The position numbers and the translations under genes are program-made. A model generated the notes under the pieces. The model ran no database searches and had not been told where the DNA came from. It saw only the letters and a list, made by a program, of their open reading frames with translations. A stretch of DNA of 64,000 bases from a virus: positions 50,736 through 114,735 of IMG/VR virus record IMGVR_UViG_3300027969_000058. One strand, given 5' to 3'. Numbering within the stretch: the first letter of the stretch is position 1; every line of letters starts with the position of its first letter. This document shows, piece after piece, positions 30,201-39,920 of the stretch.

Positions 30201-33116
30201 GCTGTTTGATGCCGTAGCGCCAAGTTCAACACTGCCTGTTGAACTACGTGCAAATACACGTTTCTCAACTGCTGTTGCCGCTAACTCAATGAATACCGCA
30301 TTACCAGTGAATACTATAGTTCTGCTAATTACAGATGTTACACCAAAGGCCAATGCCACTGTGTTATTAACATTGCTGGCTATCTCAACTGATTGTATAT
30401 CAACAACAGCAAGGTTGGCAGTGGTTACAACAGCAAATGATCTCTTAACAACTGATGTTGCTTCAATTTCAAGCGCAACGGTATTCTCTTTAACAAATCT
30501 AACCTTGGTAGCATCAATGTCTACTACTGCCAAGTTGGCAGTGCTTACAACATTGACTATCTGCTTGACAGTGGTTGTGGCAGCAATCTCATTATTGAAA
30601 GTGCTGGACAACGTAAACGACTTACTTACTTGAGTTGTTGCCGATAGGTTAACTGCTGCCGTAGCAGTGTTCTCACTTCTTATGGTATTGGCAGTTGTGC
30701 CGGCAACATTCAGTGCAGTTGTTGTGATACGTTCATAGCCACGTGTTACTACCGATGTGGCAGCAACTTCAATTGCACCAACAGTGATGCGAGACATTGA
30801 ACGTCTTTCAAGTGCGGTGGCTGCAATCTCAAGTGCTAATGTATTCTCTCTAACAAATCTAACTTTAGTAGCATCAATATCTACCACTGCCAAGTTGGCT
30901 GTACTTGCAACATTAACTATGCGTTTGAATGTAGTTGTGGCAGCAATCTCATTGTTAACTGTGCTTGATACTACATATGGTTTAATTACAATAGCACTGG
31001 CTGATACTACCAATGCTGTTGTAGTCGAAACAACGACTTTTCTTTGAACTGCGGTAGTAGCACTGATTGCCAACGCCGCTGTAGAAGCAACTTTGACTAT
31101 ACGCTTGTTTGTAGAAGTGGCAGCAATTTCCAACGGCAATACTGTGATACGTGATAGCGATCGTCTTTCAACTGAACTGGCTGCGATTTCAATAGGTGCT
31201 GTTGAACTACGTGCAAATGCTCGTTTTACTACAGAAGTTGCTGCTACTTGCAATGCGGTTGTAGTGACAAATGCTGTTGTTTTCTTAATTGTGAACGTGG
31301 CAGCAATTTCAATTGGTGCTGTTGCACTACGTGCATATACTCGTTTTATTACAGAAGTGGCTGCAATTTCAAGTGCTAACGTATTTGCTCTTGCAAGTAT
31401 AACTTTGGTAGCATCAATATCTACTACAGCAAGATTGGCTGCGCTTACAACGTTGACTATCTGTTTAAACTCACTTGCGGCAGTGATTTCTAACGGGCAA
31501 ACAGTAGCATTTAAGAAGATTGGACTTGGCAGTATGTCTACTGATTCTGCTGTGATAAACAACTTTGCTTTTGTTACAAGGGCAAAGAATGGTTGAGGAT
31601 ATTCTGAGGCTGTGTAATGTAACTCTGTAATGGCCGCAGTTGATATAGGACCAACTGGAATTGGCACACCACGTTCAGGGTCTGCACTTGGGAACGCATA
31701 GTGTACTTCATCACATCTAATGGTCAGTACTGCTGGATCTGTTACATTTAGCCTTACTGCATCACGTTTAACTACAACATCTACACTGTCAATAACATAC
31801 TGTAGTGTTAGGTCAACTGGAACAATAAATCTTCTGCGCTCAACAAATACAGCATCAATGTTTAATGGAGCAGGGTCTCTGTTCCAATGATTGAACTGAT
31901 GGCCAATGAACTGCTCTTGGGCAATTGAGTTAACTGATATAGGACCAACAGGAACGCCTGGACTTCGTTGTGCATCCGAACCTTGGAACAAGTAATGTAA
32001 TTCAGTAACTGCTACATTGAGAGTAATTGTATCAACAACATTTAATCTTACTGCTTCACGATAGACTGCTGTGCCCGTTAATCCAAGTTGTAAAGGTGCC
32101 AGTTCACTATTGAATCCTCTTATACTCTCTTGAACAGTTGCATCACCAATAATGAACGGAGCAGGATCTCTATTCCAATGGACGTTTTGATAGCCAATGA
32201 ACTGCTCTTGGGCAATTGAGTTAACTGATATAGGACCAAATGGTATACCTGGACTTATTGTTCTGTCTGGGTCAGCAAAGAAATAGTTTAGTTCATTGAC
32301 TACCAGATCAAGAGCAATTGTATCGATAACATTTAATCTAATGGCATCTCGTTTATAGGCAAAGAAAGTTACACCAATTTGTAAAGGTGCTACTTCGTAA
32401 TTGAATCCTCTTACACGTTTTTCAACCGCAGAGCCGCCTATTTCTAATTCTGCAGGTTCTCTATTCCAACGAACATTTTGATATCCAATGAACTGTTCTT
32501 GTGCAATAGAGTTAATTGATACGGGACCAAATGGTATACCTGGACTGATTGTTCTATCTGGATCAGCAAAGAAGTAATGTAATTCAGTAAATTGAACATT
32601 GAGAGCAATGGTATCATTGACTCTTAATCTAATGGCTTCACGATAAACAGCAGTGCCAGTTAGATTAATTTGTAAAGGTGCAACTTCGTAATTGTATCCT
32701 TTTACACGTTTTTCAACAGCAGATGCGCCAATAACGAATTCTGCAGGATCTCTATTCCAATGTGTGTTCTGATATCCAATGAATTGCTCATCACCGAGAG
32801 TGTTAACTGATATTGGTCCGAGAGGAATACCTGGAGCAACTGTTATTTGCTCCGGAGTTAGTTTATTAAACTCGTAGGCAACGCCGGACTCGCCAGCATA
32901 CATTACTGCTGGAGAGATATAAACGTGTCTATTGGAAGTTGTAGCAGTAACGTTTACTACAAGAGGCGCGGATTCTGTAAAGAACTCACGTAGTGCGTAA
33001 CGGACTGTAACTACGTCCGTGCCGCCTATTTCTAATTCTGCAAAATAAACAGTAAAGGCATCTGGTTCTGTAGCTAAAGGAGATTCAGCAACTGTGCTTT
33101 GTGATATCGCTGACAC
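24246..33116 (-). CDS. Giant repetitive fibre-like protein (2956 aa)
   Basis: GTG start with AGGAGG; ~70-aa N-terminal repeats, then ~20-aa V/I/A/T/S/D repeats; C-terminal QIWIG. Confidence 0.85.
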   Translation of the reverse strand: MSAISQSTVAESPLATEPDAFTVYFAELEIGGTDVVTVRYALREFFTESAPLVVNVTATTSNRHVYISPAVMYAGESGVAYEFNKLTPEQITVAPGIPLGPISVNTLGDEQFIGYQNTHWNRDPAEFVIGASAVEKRVKGYNYEVAPLQINLTGTAVYREAIRLRVNDTIALNVQFTELHYFFADPDRTISPGIPFGPVSINSIAQEQFIGYQNVRWNREPAELEIGGSAVEKRVRGFNYEVAPLQIGVTFFAYKRDAIRLNVIDTIALDLVVNELNYFFADPDRTISPGIPFGPISVNSIAQEQFIGYQNVHWNRDPAPFIIGDATVQESIRGFNSELAPLQLGLTGTAVYREAVRLNVVDTITLNVAVTELHYLFQGSDAQRSPGVPVGPISVNSIAQEQFIGHQFNHWNRDPAPLNIDAVFVERRRFIVPVDLTLQYVIDSVDVVVKRDAVRLNVTDPAVLTIRCDEVHYAFPSADPERGVPIPVGPISTAAITELHYTASEYPQPFFALVTKAKLFITAESVDILPSPIFLNATVCPLEITAASEFKQIVNVVSAANLAVVDIDATKVILARANTLALEIAATSVIKRVYARSATAPIEIAATFTIKKTTAFVTTTALQVAATSVVKRAFARSSTAPIEIAASSVERRSLSRITVLPLEIAATSTNKRIVKVASTAALAISATTAVQRKVVVSTTTALVVSASAIVIKPYVVSSTVNNEIAATTTFKRIVNVASTANLAVVDIDATKVRFVRENTLALEIAATALERRSMSRITVGAIEVAATSVVTRGYERITTTALNVAGTTANTIRSENTATAAVNLSATTQVSKSFTLSSTFNNEIAATTTVKQIVNVVSTANLAVVDIDATKVRFVKENTVALEIEATSVVKRSFAVVTTANLAVVDIQSVEIASNVNNTVALAFGVTSVISRTIVFTGNAVFIELAATAVEKRVFARSSTGSVELGATASNSIVSNSVVITPRPYKIFGVTSNSIVSNNVATIPLEVNRNEVVKYVRVFDDTAVLALVDIQSIEYITELDNTIALELAVTDVVTAVFKSVETTALEIAATTVEKRVFARIATAPLEITATSLIQQRFIVDDDAVLALVDIVSTSSKRNFADVEFFEFEVTDVIKHAYAIVSTAVLAVVDVQSIEYITELDNTIALEMGVTDAVAYVVTSVETTALEITATAVEKRVFARIATAVLALVDIQSIEYSTEIDNTIALEVAVTDVIAHVVTSVETTALEVTASAVEKRSLSRITVGSIELGITSAIQQIFIVDDDAELALVDIVSTSSKHNINDVEFCEFIITDVIKQVSVINSTAVLAVVDIQSIEYITELDNTVALEIGVTDVVKYVTVIDDTIAVEITATAVEKRSLSRITVGSIELGITSAVKQIVVLDDSVTLALVDIVSTSSKHNINDVEFSEFVVTDVIKHVYAINSTAVLAVVDIQSIEYITELDNTIALEMGVTDVVKYVTVIDDTVAIEIAASAVVIKLFVLVSVTDLELNATSTVKQIVVLDETAVLAVVDIQSTEVKRNIDNTVELEIAATTTVKRIRAINSTAVLALVDIVSNEIASNVDNDVAIELAATDVVSKIRVYATEAALAVSDSSVTSSTRGVVNTANLAIVDIQSVEIASNVNNNVALELTATTVVEQRFVFDSTATVVIADSDATSLASVIANTLALEITATAAVKRVVTIADSAVLALVDIVSTSSKRNFDDIEFCEFAATDVVTRIVTINSSAVLALVDIQSIAYSSNVQDSSFLDLAATTAIEQKISYIDTTAVEITATDTVKQRFNYVDSANLAVVDIQSIEYITELDNTVGLELAATTAIEQRFNYADTTAVEIDATTVISLAYVFADSATLAVVDIHSIEYISNIEDSSFLDLTATTVIEQKVSYADTIAVEIAATTVISLAYVFADSAVLALVDIQSIEYTSNVQDSSFIELAATTAIEQRFNYVDNAAVEIESTVVISQLFIYVDSAVLALVDIQSIEYTSNVQDSSFLDLAATEAVEQRFNYVDSTALEIDATTVVSLAYVFADSAVLAVVDIVSNEITSTVQDSSFLDLAATEAVEQRFNYVDSANTEIAATTVISLAYVFADSAVLALVDIQSIEYTSNVQDSSFLDLTATDAIIKVSNIADSADIEITSTFTTSAIYAVDDSAVLALVDIQSIEYITELDNTIALDMGVNEAIEQRFNYVDTTDLEIESTVVISNAYSFSDNAVLAVVDIVSNEITSNVQDSSFLDLAATEAIEQRFNYVDSTALEIDATVVISKSFSIDDTAVLALVDIVSNEITSNVDTVQFFELAATDTIQQIFVVDNTVDVELDADVVVKLVHVYYDTAVLAVVDIVSNEITSNVETIQFFELAATAIEKRIFNYPESADLDLYDKAIKVRLAVPQVPFEYAKIGDTADVVLAGEDRSDGQPGDVAALLKAIEDKVFAPNRGQRLLIDGSPFVYYGTISDIVVEEQPDSSYTITISVSDALNGPTDGPYVTGTGLLLDNTNVTDLGIVQIHNLGAEFGYIADIGATGDNAITSFVVSDADVEVAAEDLIQLIFNYVDTSDSEIDATVLISRAVNVVDSAVLAVVDIVSTEITSDVETVQFVELVAEDIVIQSYNVVNISDNEIAAEVQVSIVYAYDDSANLAVVDIVSTEITSNVETVQFVELVAEDIVIQSFNVVDVSNNEVDADVQVAVVYSYTDTTNLAVVDIVSNEITSNVETVQFVELVAEEAIVQIFNFVDTTALVFDADVQVAVIISVASTSDNELSSVASNTIISNNVNDAVLAVITIFSTSVKYNFNDIPFVTYNIDTAIEQIFNFVEVFSVNQLGAEVATSMTMAVSNVTVSDLMAEASNTIVSNIVQDPTINITADYLTQSSRSDINSSYVDLDLIDNLGVTRMYYPVNHVGDIMGYSFTKGYTLFKQEYSNEPASLKLGGESGEVRVIAGSGSSKQIWIG
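24931..25365. repeat. 180-bp intragenic tandem repeat
   Basis: gcaactaactcaacaaactgtacagtttca at 24931, 25111, 25291. Confidence 0.9.
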
Positions 33117-33131
33117 AGCAGCCTACCTCCT

Positions 33132-36100
33132 TTATGCTTGTGATTCAGACCATGTAATACGAGCCGAACAGTTAAATGGTACTGTAGCGTTAACCTCTGA
33201 AGTGTTAATAACTTTAATTGCCAGTGTTAGTACGTCAGGTCCATTTGGAAACACTCCGTCGCCGCCTAAGATACAATTACCCATGTCAGTAATCTGGCTT
33301 AGATCCACGTTGGTAACATTGTTCAAACGTTTAGTACCAACACCACCAGATTGTCCACCACCTTGTGCTCTAAAACTGAATATCTTAGTACCACCAACTA
33401 CAGTGTCTCCCACTGTGTGGTTAACCAAGTTACTCAATGAAGGTGATGTAACTTTCTGCCAGTTAATATTACTTAAACTCGGATTTAGAATCAAGTTAAT
33501 TTCACAATCATGTGTCAACACCATACCAGCCTGCTGTAACTGCAATTGCATACGGTTGATAATATCGCGTTCACCAATGTTACCAGTAACACCGTTGTCA
33601 ACTGACGGAGACAATCGAATACTAATCAATGGAATATCACTAAACAATAGACCGGCTGTGTCACCAGCGGCCGGTGTACCAATGTTAACCACTACACCAC
33701 TGCCAACAACTGGATAGCCTGTTGGGAACGAGTTCTGCGTTGCATAGTATATGCGCACAAGATAGTTACTGCCTGAATACTGCGCTTGGTTAACCGTCTG
33801 TCCTTTCAGTTGATTGTCAGCCGTGTATAGCGGAGTACCAGTACTAAACTTGGCAGCATCACTTGTGGCAAAACTTAACTGTACAAACCAATCATAATTA
33901 CGCTTGGTTTGATTGTAAACATAAATCAACGAACTGGCTTGGTTAGTTGTTGCTGTGGCAGTCTGTCCATTGGTAAATGTCAATGTATCGCTGGCAGCAG
34001 TAAACAAGTAGGCCTTGTCATCGTCAAATCTACCATCCATAATAACTGAAGTACCCCAGTGGAATAGTTTAGGTTGATATGTTGCTACGCCTGTGTTTTC
34101 AACTTCGTAACGTGCAGGAATGTTACCAGAACGCATATAAGCCTCTGTTTCCTTGTTGTTATGAATAAACTCATGTACATAGATCACGTGACCGTATGTG
34201 TCTTTAAATCCAAAGCGGATCTTACCAGCACCGTACCATGAATAGTCCATATAGGCCATCTGAATCTTGGTCTTGTCAAGCAAGAAATTACTTGGTCCGT
34301 TGCCGTCGCAAATGTCAATGTTCCATTGACTTTGTGGTATTTTAAGATCGAAAGTCTTAGTAACAATAACACCACTTGCTGATGCACCTTTGTACTTAGG
34401 CTGAATGATCATGTTGTCTTTACCAGTAATAGCAATGACCTTGTAAGTCTGTCCTCGTAGTACAACTCTGTCGCCCGCCGCCACCTGTCCAACGAAGTTG
34501 GTGTTAGTGCCAAGAACTATGTTGCTATCCTTGCTGCAGGTAACCGTACCGCTTAACTGATTTGTACTGTTTCTTCTTACTGCATACAGAACTTGTCCGT
34601 CAAAGGCAAAATAAAAACCGTTTTGGAAGTCAAACATACCGCAACGTGTTTCAGCGTTCTGCCATCCGTCAATAGTGAATTGTATTGTGCCACCTGGGGA
34701 AATAGTTGTAGGAATATTGGCCAATGAATACTGGAAGGAGAATGCATCAAACACTTGACAAACAGTTTGGGAACCATTGTACTCGCCGGCTGATGAACCA
34801 CTAACTGTAATTCTTGATCCTGCTGGTATACCATGTGGATATTTGGTAGTAATCAGTGCTGCCTTAGTTACTGACAATGCAGTCTTGGCTGCACCAATTG
34901 CTGTGGCAGCGGCCTGGATGCCGGCAGTGGCCCAAGCGTAAGTTGGTGCTGTCCGTGTGTAACTGGCAAGTCCTGCTGTAACACCCAGATTAACCACGTC
35001 TGTGGTAAGTTGTACAAGATTCTGTACAATGGTAGCATCACCGGAACTTGCATTATTACCAGTAGTTACCTGCGCTGTAACGTTACCAGCACTCCGTGTT
35101 ACTGATGCACCTTGTACAATCTGTCCTACAATAACTTTCAGTCTGTTATAAGCAGCCACTGTGGCAACTTTGTGTGATGCGGCAATACCTGTAGTAGAAC
35201 CATCGCCGTTACCCAGCGCATAGTCAAAGAATTTTGCCTGTGTATAGTTGGCAAAGTTTCCGCCATACAATATGTCAAAGCAAAGAGCACGTACAGCATA
35301 CTTAATGTCACGTGTACATTTTGCCACGTTGTGGTCTGCACTTGGATAAGTCACAGCAACATAGGCATTGATTTCATCTTCAATAAACGTCAAGTTGGCC
35401 AGCAATTTATCCTTGGCAGCAATTTGACTGGTAGTTGCTGTGCTGGGATTAGCAAATGTAGGATTGCTGGCCGCAGTTCTACCATTGGTCAAGCAGGTTG
35501 TTATCTCTGTGAAATAAGCATTGATTCTTGAGATAGCAGTGGCATCTGCAGCCACTTGCGTCAATGCTAATATTTCTGCCTTGGCTCTTAGAATACGAGC
35601 AGTAACTACAGGACTCAAAAACTTTGAATTGGTTTCTGCAATACCATTAAACACACCAAAGTATGTTGAACCAGTGGCTATGTCATATTGAGCACCGTCA
35701 ACAATGTAGCCAATGTCACGTTCGCACTTGACGTCTGTAATGGCTGCCATTGTTTCCACTGGAATAGGTGGATTAAAGTTAATGGCCAAACTGATCTGAA
35801 TACCTTTACCAGACTGGTAACGGAAATACTTACGTGTTTGACGCACAATTTGACTGTTTGGCGCTGTTCCTGCTTGTATTTCAACACCACCGTCGAATGG
35901 TCGGTGATTAGTAGCACCGTCAGGTCTTACGTAGACCTTAGTTGGAATTAAGTGTGTTGTAGTGGCCGCGGTAAATGTACAAGGCGTTGTCAATGCCAAT
36001 GAAGTATCACTGACCACACTGCTGATTGTAAATGGTAACAATGAGCCTGGTGTTGAGTTATTGTTCTTGACATAGAAGATATCGCCTGGCTTGTAATAAG

Positions 36101-39100
36101 TCAGGAACAGACTGTCATCAGATCCTTTAACAACTGCACTACCGTTGGTAACTGCAACAGTACCAATAGATGTGATCATACCATTTACTGTACTGCTGGT
36201 AAAGATGTGTGTACTTGTTGCCTGCGCACTCCAAGTTATGTCAATACCTGTACCGTTATTATAATTGGCTATACTGCTGGCCAGTTTAATATAAGTTTCG
36301 TCTGCTAAGATTACATAGTATGTACTACCATTAGAGAAACCAGTAAAATCAGCGTTTCCGTTGTTACTGTAAACAATTGGAGTACCAGCCGCCAAATAAT
36401 GGCCGCCTGGAAACTTGAAAAAGTTGTTGGTATCTTGACTGAGTTTGACCAGCGATAGTGATTTCTTACCGGCTTTGAAAGCAAGGCCAAAGTCAAACGT
36501 ATTTGAACTGGTTATTGCTGTCGCAGTATACACTCCGTCTAACGCACCAAACTGGTTGGTAACGTCCAACATTGCTATTGCGGCAGGGTCAGTATTGGTG
36601 TCAATTGTGCCGGCCATTGCACCTGCATGATTTGCACACACATAGTATAGTATATCAGGCGCATTAGTAGGAACTGCAAAAATCACTGTGCCACCTTGAG
36701 TACCGTTGTTGGTCACACCTGTAGCATAGGCGTCTGCTGTGCCTGATGTCTTTAGTGTTTTAATATAGAATGGGTGGCCTGTTGCTGCCACTGTAAATGA
36801 ATAGGTATAACCTTTCTTCAAATACAGTGTGGGATTAACCGTAGTTCCATGATTGATTACCCAGTTAGTACTTCCGTTGTTAGTAACCGTAAATGCTGAC
36901 TGTCCTTGTGGGCCAGAAGTGCCTGTATCAGTAATGTCAATTTCAACGCCGGCTGTGGAATTTAAACTAAATCTGTTTTCATCAACAACTTTTGCTTTAT
37001 AATTCTGTCCAGATACCAATGATGGCAATGTCCAACCTGTGGCCAATGTGTCCATAATTTTCTTATCTAAGTTTAATAGATACGTTGCATTGACTGTGAT
37101 TGATGATGGAACACGAATCAAGAAACTCACAGTGATCATGTTGTAGCTAAAGTTGTACAAAAACGCATAGTATGTACTGTATGATGAAGTTTGACTATAG
37201 TATCCATATGGATCCCATGACTCTTTTCGTATCTTCATCTGTACATAGATAATTTGATCACGGCCGGCCTGTTGCCAGTATTGTGCAATACGTGTGTATC
37301 TCCAATCAGTTAACGTAGCAGTAGTAGTTGTATAGAACGGAGGTGTAGTGTTAATGTTGACCTGATCAATACTATAACTGTACGATGAACTGTGGTTCAT
37401 GTAGAAATACGTTTCAGCATATCTGTTTAAAGGATGCGCATGTAGTACAAGATAGTAGTCAATTTGTTTATCTTTTACATAGGTAGGCATGATAATGATA
37501 TGACCTGAACTGGCCACGGATGTACCTCTACCAAAATCTTCTGCCTGCCCAGTATCCCATGGATGTCCTGGTGCATAACTTGGGTACCAGTAACCGTACT
37601 GATTATCATAAACACGACTGTAAAAACTCCAACCACCTTGGAAGTTGGTAATATCACTGGCAGCACCGTATAAGAATGGCTGGCTGTTATTTGGTCCGTC
37701 CATGAACAGTTTGGCCGTTGAGCCTTGTGTGCTCAACCATGCGGCAATGCCTGACCCTATGATCTTATAGAATGTTTCAAAGTTAGTATTGCTACCAGTA
37801 AAACTAATTGCGCCCGAGGTAGTTGTTGGCAATACCGCACCGTTGTCTGCGGTAACGGTCAATTGATTATCATCTACCAAGCCGTGTTTAGAAACATAGA
37901 AAGTGTTTCTTGTCAATCTATTTCTTGAACCAGCAAATGTGTAACTGCCGTTGGCAGCAGAAATTCTAACAGGAGTAGTGCCAGTTCTAATTCTAAATCT
38001 GGAGGCACTTACACGTTCAATGGTATAAGTTCCACCGGCCAATGTACTTGGTGTAAAGGAAGTAGAAAAATCACCTGCACCGTGTGTATAATAATAAATT
38101 GGTAATCCACTTGTGCTTAATGTTATGCTTTGTCCTGTGATAAATCCATGATTGGCGGCATAAAAACTGTCATTTTCTGGATCGTCGTTCAATGGTACAA
38201 AGAACATCTCACCTCTGGAGAAGTACCAACTTGAGTTGAATGTATAGTAGTAGTGGTTGTTATAGTGAAGGATCTGCGTTTGGTTCCAAATCAACACGTT
38301 GTTTGATGCTGGTGACTTAAAGTTGTTGTTAGATGAATAACGTGTCCAATCTTCAACAAAGTTATGACTCTTTGGATATGTAGTATGCGGATCAGTACCC
38401 ATGTTACCACTGTAGGTAGTTGAGTAATAGACACCATAGTTGTAGAATAGGTAGTTATAGGCATTAACGAAGCCGTTGTTTGTGCCTTTAAAGTAGGGAA
38501 CAAAATAATCTGGTGCACGGCCCATCAAACCAACATAGCCGCCTGAACCTGAGTAGGCGCTTTTATAGAATGCTTGAGTCTGTAAGTCCCAACCTGAACC
38601 TGAACCATAGGCAGCAGAAGCAAAGGTAAAGTAGGCAGTGTTATCCCAGAATGGAGAGTAACTACTGTAGATTTCATAGGCAATCATAAACTCGCCACGA
38701 CCGCCGTTGTAGGTGCCTGCGTTTGAGAATACTATGGGTATGCCGGAGGTGGAACTTTTCAACTGGAACGTGTTGGCAGTGGGGTTAGTAACAAAGTAAA
38801 ATTCTAAGTTGACTAACGGAGTGATTGGGCCATCAACGCCGGCTGGTTTGCTGTACAACAGTACATCGTTTTCTCTCAGTTGGTGATTAACCCAAGTAAT
38901 GGTACTGGAAGCCACTGACACTGCACTGGCATTGAATTTTAAATAATAGGCACCTTGAACTGCTCTGGTTTCTGTCAGTGTTAGATCAGGACTGATTGTG
39001 GCACTTTCAGTGTCTGTAAAATCTACATAAGGAAAGCCGTCAGGTGCAGTAGTGCCACCAGTTACAGTGATAGTCAACTGTTTCGGTGACACACTGTTGA

Positions 39101-39914
39101 TCAAATAGAAGTTTGATCCTACTGAAAATCCGTGATCTGTAGGAGTCGACACTGTCAATGTACTTGGATTAAGCGCATTGGTACTAATACCGTTTGTGCT
39201 TACATAGGTAACATCACTACCTGCATAGAACTGTCCAGGTAAAATGGTCGTATATGGTGTTTTAACGTTGGCTGAGGTGGATTGTACTGCACGAGCCTTA
39301 TAGGTAAAAGTCAATGTATCTAACACACTGTTGACCAGGTATTTGCCTTCTGCTGTCAACGTACTTAGTCCACCTACGTCAATAGGGCTACCCTTGGCCA
39401 ATCTGTGAGGATCAGATACTACCACAGTAATCAAGTTACTGTTGGCCAGTGTAGTGACTCGAGTAATACCAATCAGTGTACTGTCTGCACTTTTGCCAAA
39501 GAAACTGGGGATGTTATTTGAAAGTTCAACTGTTTCCCACTTGGCAGTTTGTAAGCCATATTCAAAGTCAGTGTCAATCAAGTTCTCTGGAGCACTGATA
39601 CGATATTTATTTACAGGATCAACAAATGATTCTTCTGGTCTGGTAGTGCCGTGGTCTTCTTCATAGAACGCTTGAATCTTATCCGTAGCACTCATCAAAG
39701 CACAATCATAGTCAAGAACGATTGTGGTCTTTCTTGTTTGTGTGTTTATCGAATGAGACAGGATACCATTTACCGTGTCGTTAAAGGTAAACATGGTAAC
39801 ACCCGCTGTTACATTGGTTATCAATAACAATCGCTCTTGGTCGACTATACCATCTAACACTATGGTGTCAGTGCTGGGTGTAAATACGTAATTATGTGCT
39901 AATTTTTTTGACAT
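33132..39914 (-). CDS. Large multidomain tail/baseplate fibre protein (2260 aa)
   Basis: LIDTDFEYGLQ..KWE, repeated (P/N)HGFxxG beta modules, RQTRKYFRYQSGKG, YSWYGAG lectin-like region, cupredoxin-like and CxRD inserts. Confidence 0.85.
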   Translation of the reverse strand: MSKKLAHNYVFTPSTDTIVLDGIVDQERLLLITNVTAGVTMFTFNDTVNGILSHSINTQTRKTTIVLDYDCALMSATDKIQAFYEEDHGTTRPEESFVDPVNKYRISAPENLIDTDFEYGLQTAKWETVELSNNIPSFFGKSADSTLIGITRVTTLANSNLITVVVSDPHRLAKGSPIDVGGLSTLTAEGKYLVNSVLDTLTFTYKARAVQSTSANVKTPYTTILPGQFYAGSDVTYVSTNGISTNALNPSTLTVSTPTDHGFSVGSNFYLINSVSPKQLTITVTGGTTAPDGFPYVDFTDTESATISPDLTLTETRAVQGAYYLKFNASAVSVASSTITWVNHQLRENDVLLYSKPAGVDGPITPLVNLEFYFVTNPTANTFQLKSSTSGIPIVFSNAGTYNGGRGEFMIAYEIYSSYSPFWDNTAYFTFASAAYGSGSGWDLQTQAFYKSAYSGSGGYVGLMGRAPDYFVPYFKGTNNGFVNAYNYLFYNYGVYYSTTYSGNMGTDPHTTYPKSHNFVEDWTRYSSNNNFKSPASNNVLIWNQTQILHYNNHYYYTFNSSWYFSRGEMFFVPLNDDPENDSFYAANHGFITGQSITLSTSGLPIYYYTHGAGDFSTSFTPSTLAGGTYTIERVSASRFRIRTGTTPVRISAANGSYTFAGSRNRLTRNTFYVSKHGLVDDNQLTVTADNGAVLPTTTSGAISFTGSNTNFETFYKIIGSGIAAWLSTQGSTAKLFMDGPNNSQPFLYGAASDITNFQGGWSFYSRVYDNQYGYWYPSYAPGHPWDTGQAEDFGRGTSVASSGHIIIMPTYVKDKQIDYYLVLHAHPLNRYAETYFYMNHSSSYSYSIDQVNINTTPPFYTTTTATLTDWRYTRIAQYWQQAGRDQIIYVQMKIRKESWDPYGYYSQTSSYSTYYAFLYNFSYNMITVSFLIRVPSSITVNATYLLNLDKKIMDTLATGWTLPSLVSGQNYKAKVVDENRFSLNSTAGVEIDITDTGTSGPQGQSAFTVTNNGSTNWVINHGTTVNPTLYLKKGYTYSFTVAATGHPFYIKTLKTSGTADAYATGVTNNGTQGGTVIFAVPTNAPDILYYVCANHAGAMAGTIDTNTDPAAIAMLDVTNQFGALDGVYTATAITSSNTFDFGLAFKAGKKSLSLVKLSQDTNNFFKFPGGHYLAAGTPIVYSNNGNADFTGFSNGSTYYVILADETYIKLASSIANYNNGTGIDITWSAQATSTHIFTSSTVNGMITSIGTVAVTNGSAVVKGSDDSLFLTYYKPGDIFYVKNNNSTPGSLLPFTISSVVSDTSLALTTPCTFTAATTTHLIPTKVYVRPDGATNHRPFDGGVEIQAGTAPNSQIVRQTRKYFRYQSGKGIQISLAINFNPPIPVETMAAITDVKCERDIGYIVDGAQYDIATGSTYFGVFNGIAETNSKFLSPVVTARILRAKAEILALTQVAADATAISRINAYFTEITTCLTNGRTAASNPTFANPSTATTSQIAAKDKLLANLTFIEDEINAYVAVTYPSADHNVAKCTRDIKYAVRALCFDILYGGNFANYTQAKFFDYALGNGDGSTTGIAASHKVATVAAYNRLKVIVGQIVQGASVTRSAGNVTAQVTTGNNASSGDATIVQNLVQLTTDVVNLGVTAGLASYTRTAPTYAWATAGIQAAATAIGAAKTALSVTKAALITTKYPHGIPAGSRITVSGSSAGEYNGSQTVCQVFDAFSFQYSLANIPTTISPGGTIQFTIDGWQNAETRCGMFDFQNGFYFAFDGQVLYAVRRNSTNQLSGTVTCSKDSNIVLGTNTNFVGQVAAGDRVVLRGQTYKVIAITGKDNMIIQPKYKGASASGVIVTKTFDLKIPQSQWNIDICDGNGPSNFLLDKTKIQMAYMDYSWYGAGKIRFGFKDTYGHVIYVHEFIHNNKETEAYMRSGNIPARYEVENTGVATYQPKLFHWGTSVIMDGRFDDDKAYLFTAASDTLTFTNGQTATATTNQASSLIYVYNQTKRNYDWFVQLSFATSDAAKFSTGTPLYTADNQLKGQTVNQAQYSGSNYLVRIYYATQNSFPTGYPVVGSGVVVNIGTPAAGDTAGLLFSDIPLISIRLSPSVDNGVTGNIGERDIINRMQLQLQQAGMVLTHDCEINLILNPSLSNINWQKVTSPSLSNLVNHTVGDTVVGGTKIFSFRAQGGGQSGGVGTKRLNNVTNVDLSQITDMGNCILGGDGVFPNGPDVLTLAIKVINTSEVNATVPFNCSARITWSESQA

Positions 39915-39920
39915 TGTTGT

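Noticed and set aside
24889-33717. Many plus-strand ORFs (up to 305 aa) opposite the giant genes
   Set aside because: Antisense shadows of biased repeat codons; no RBS or motifs.
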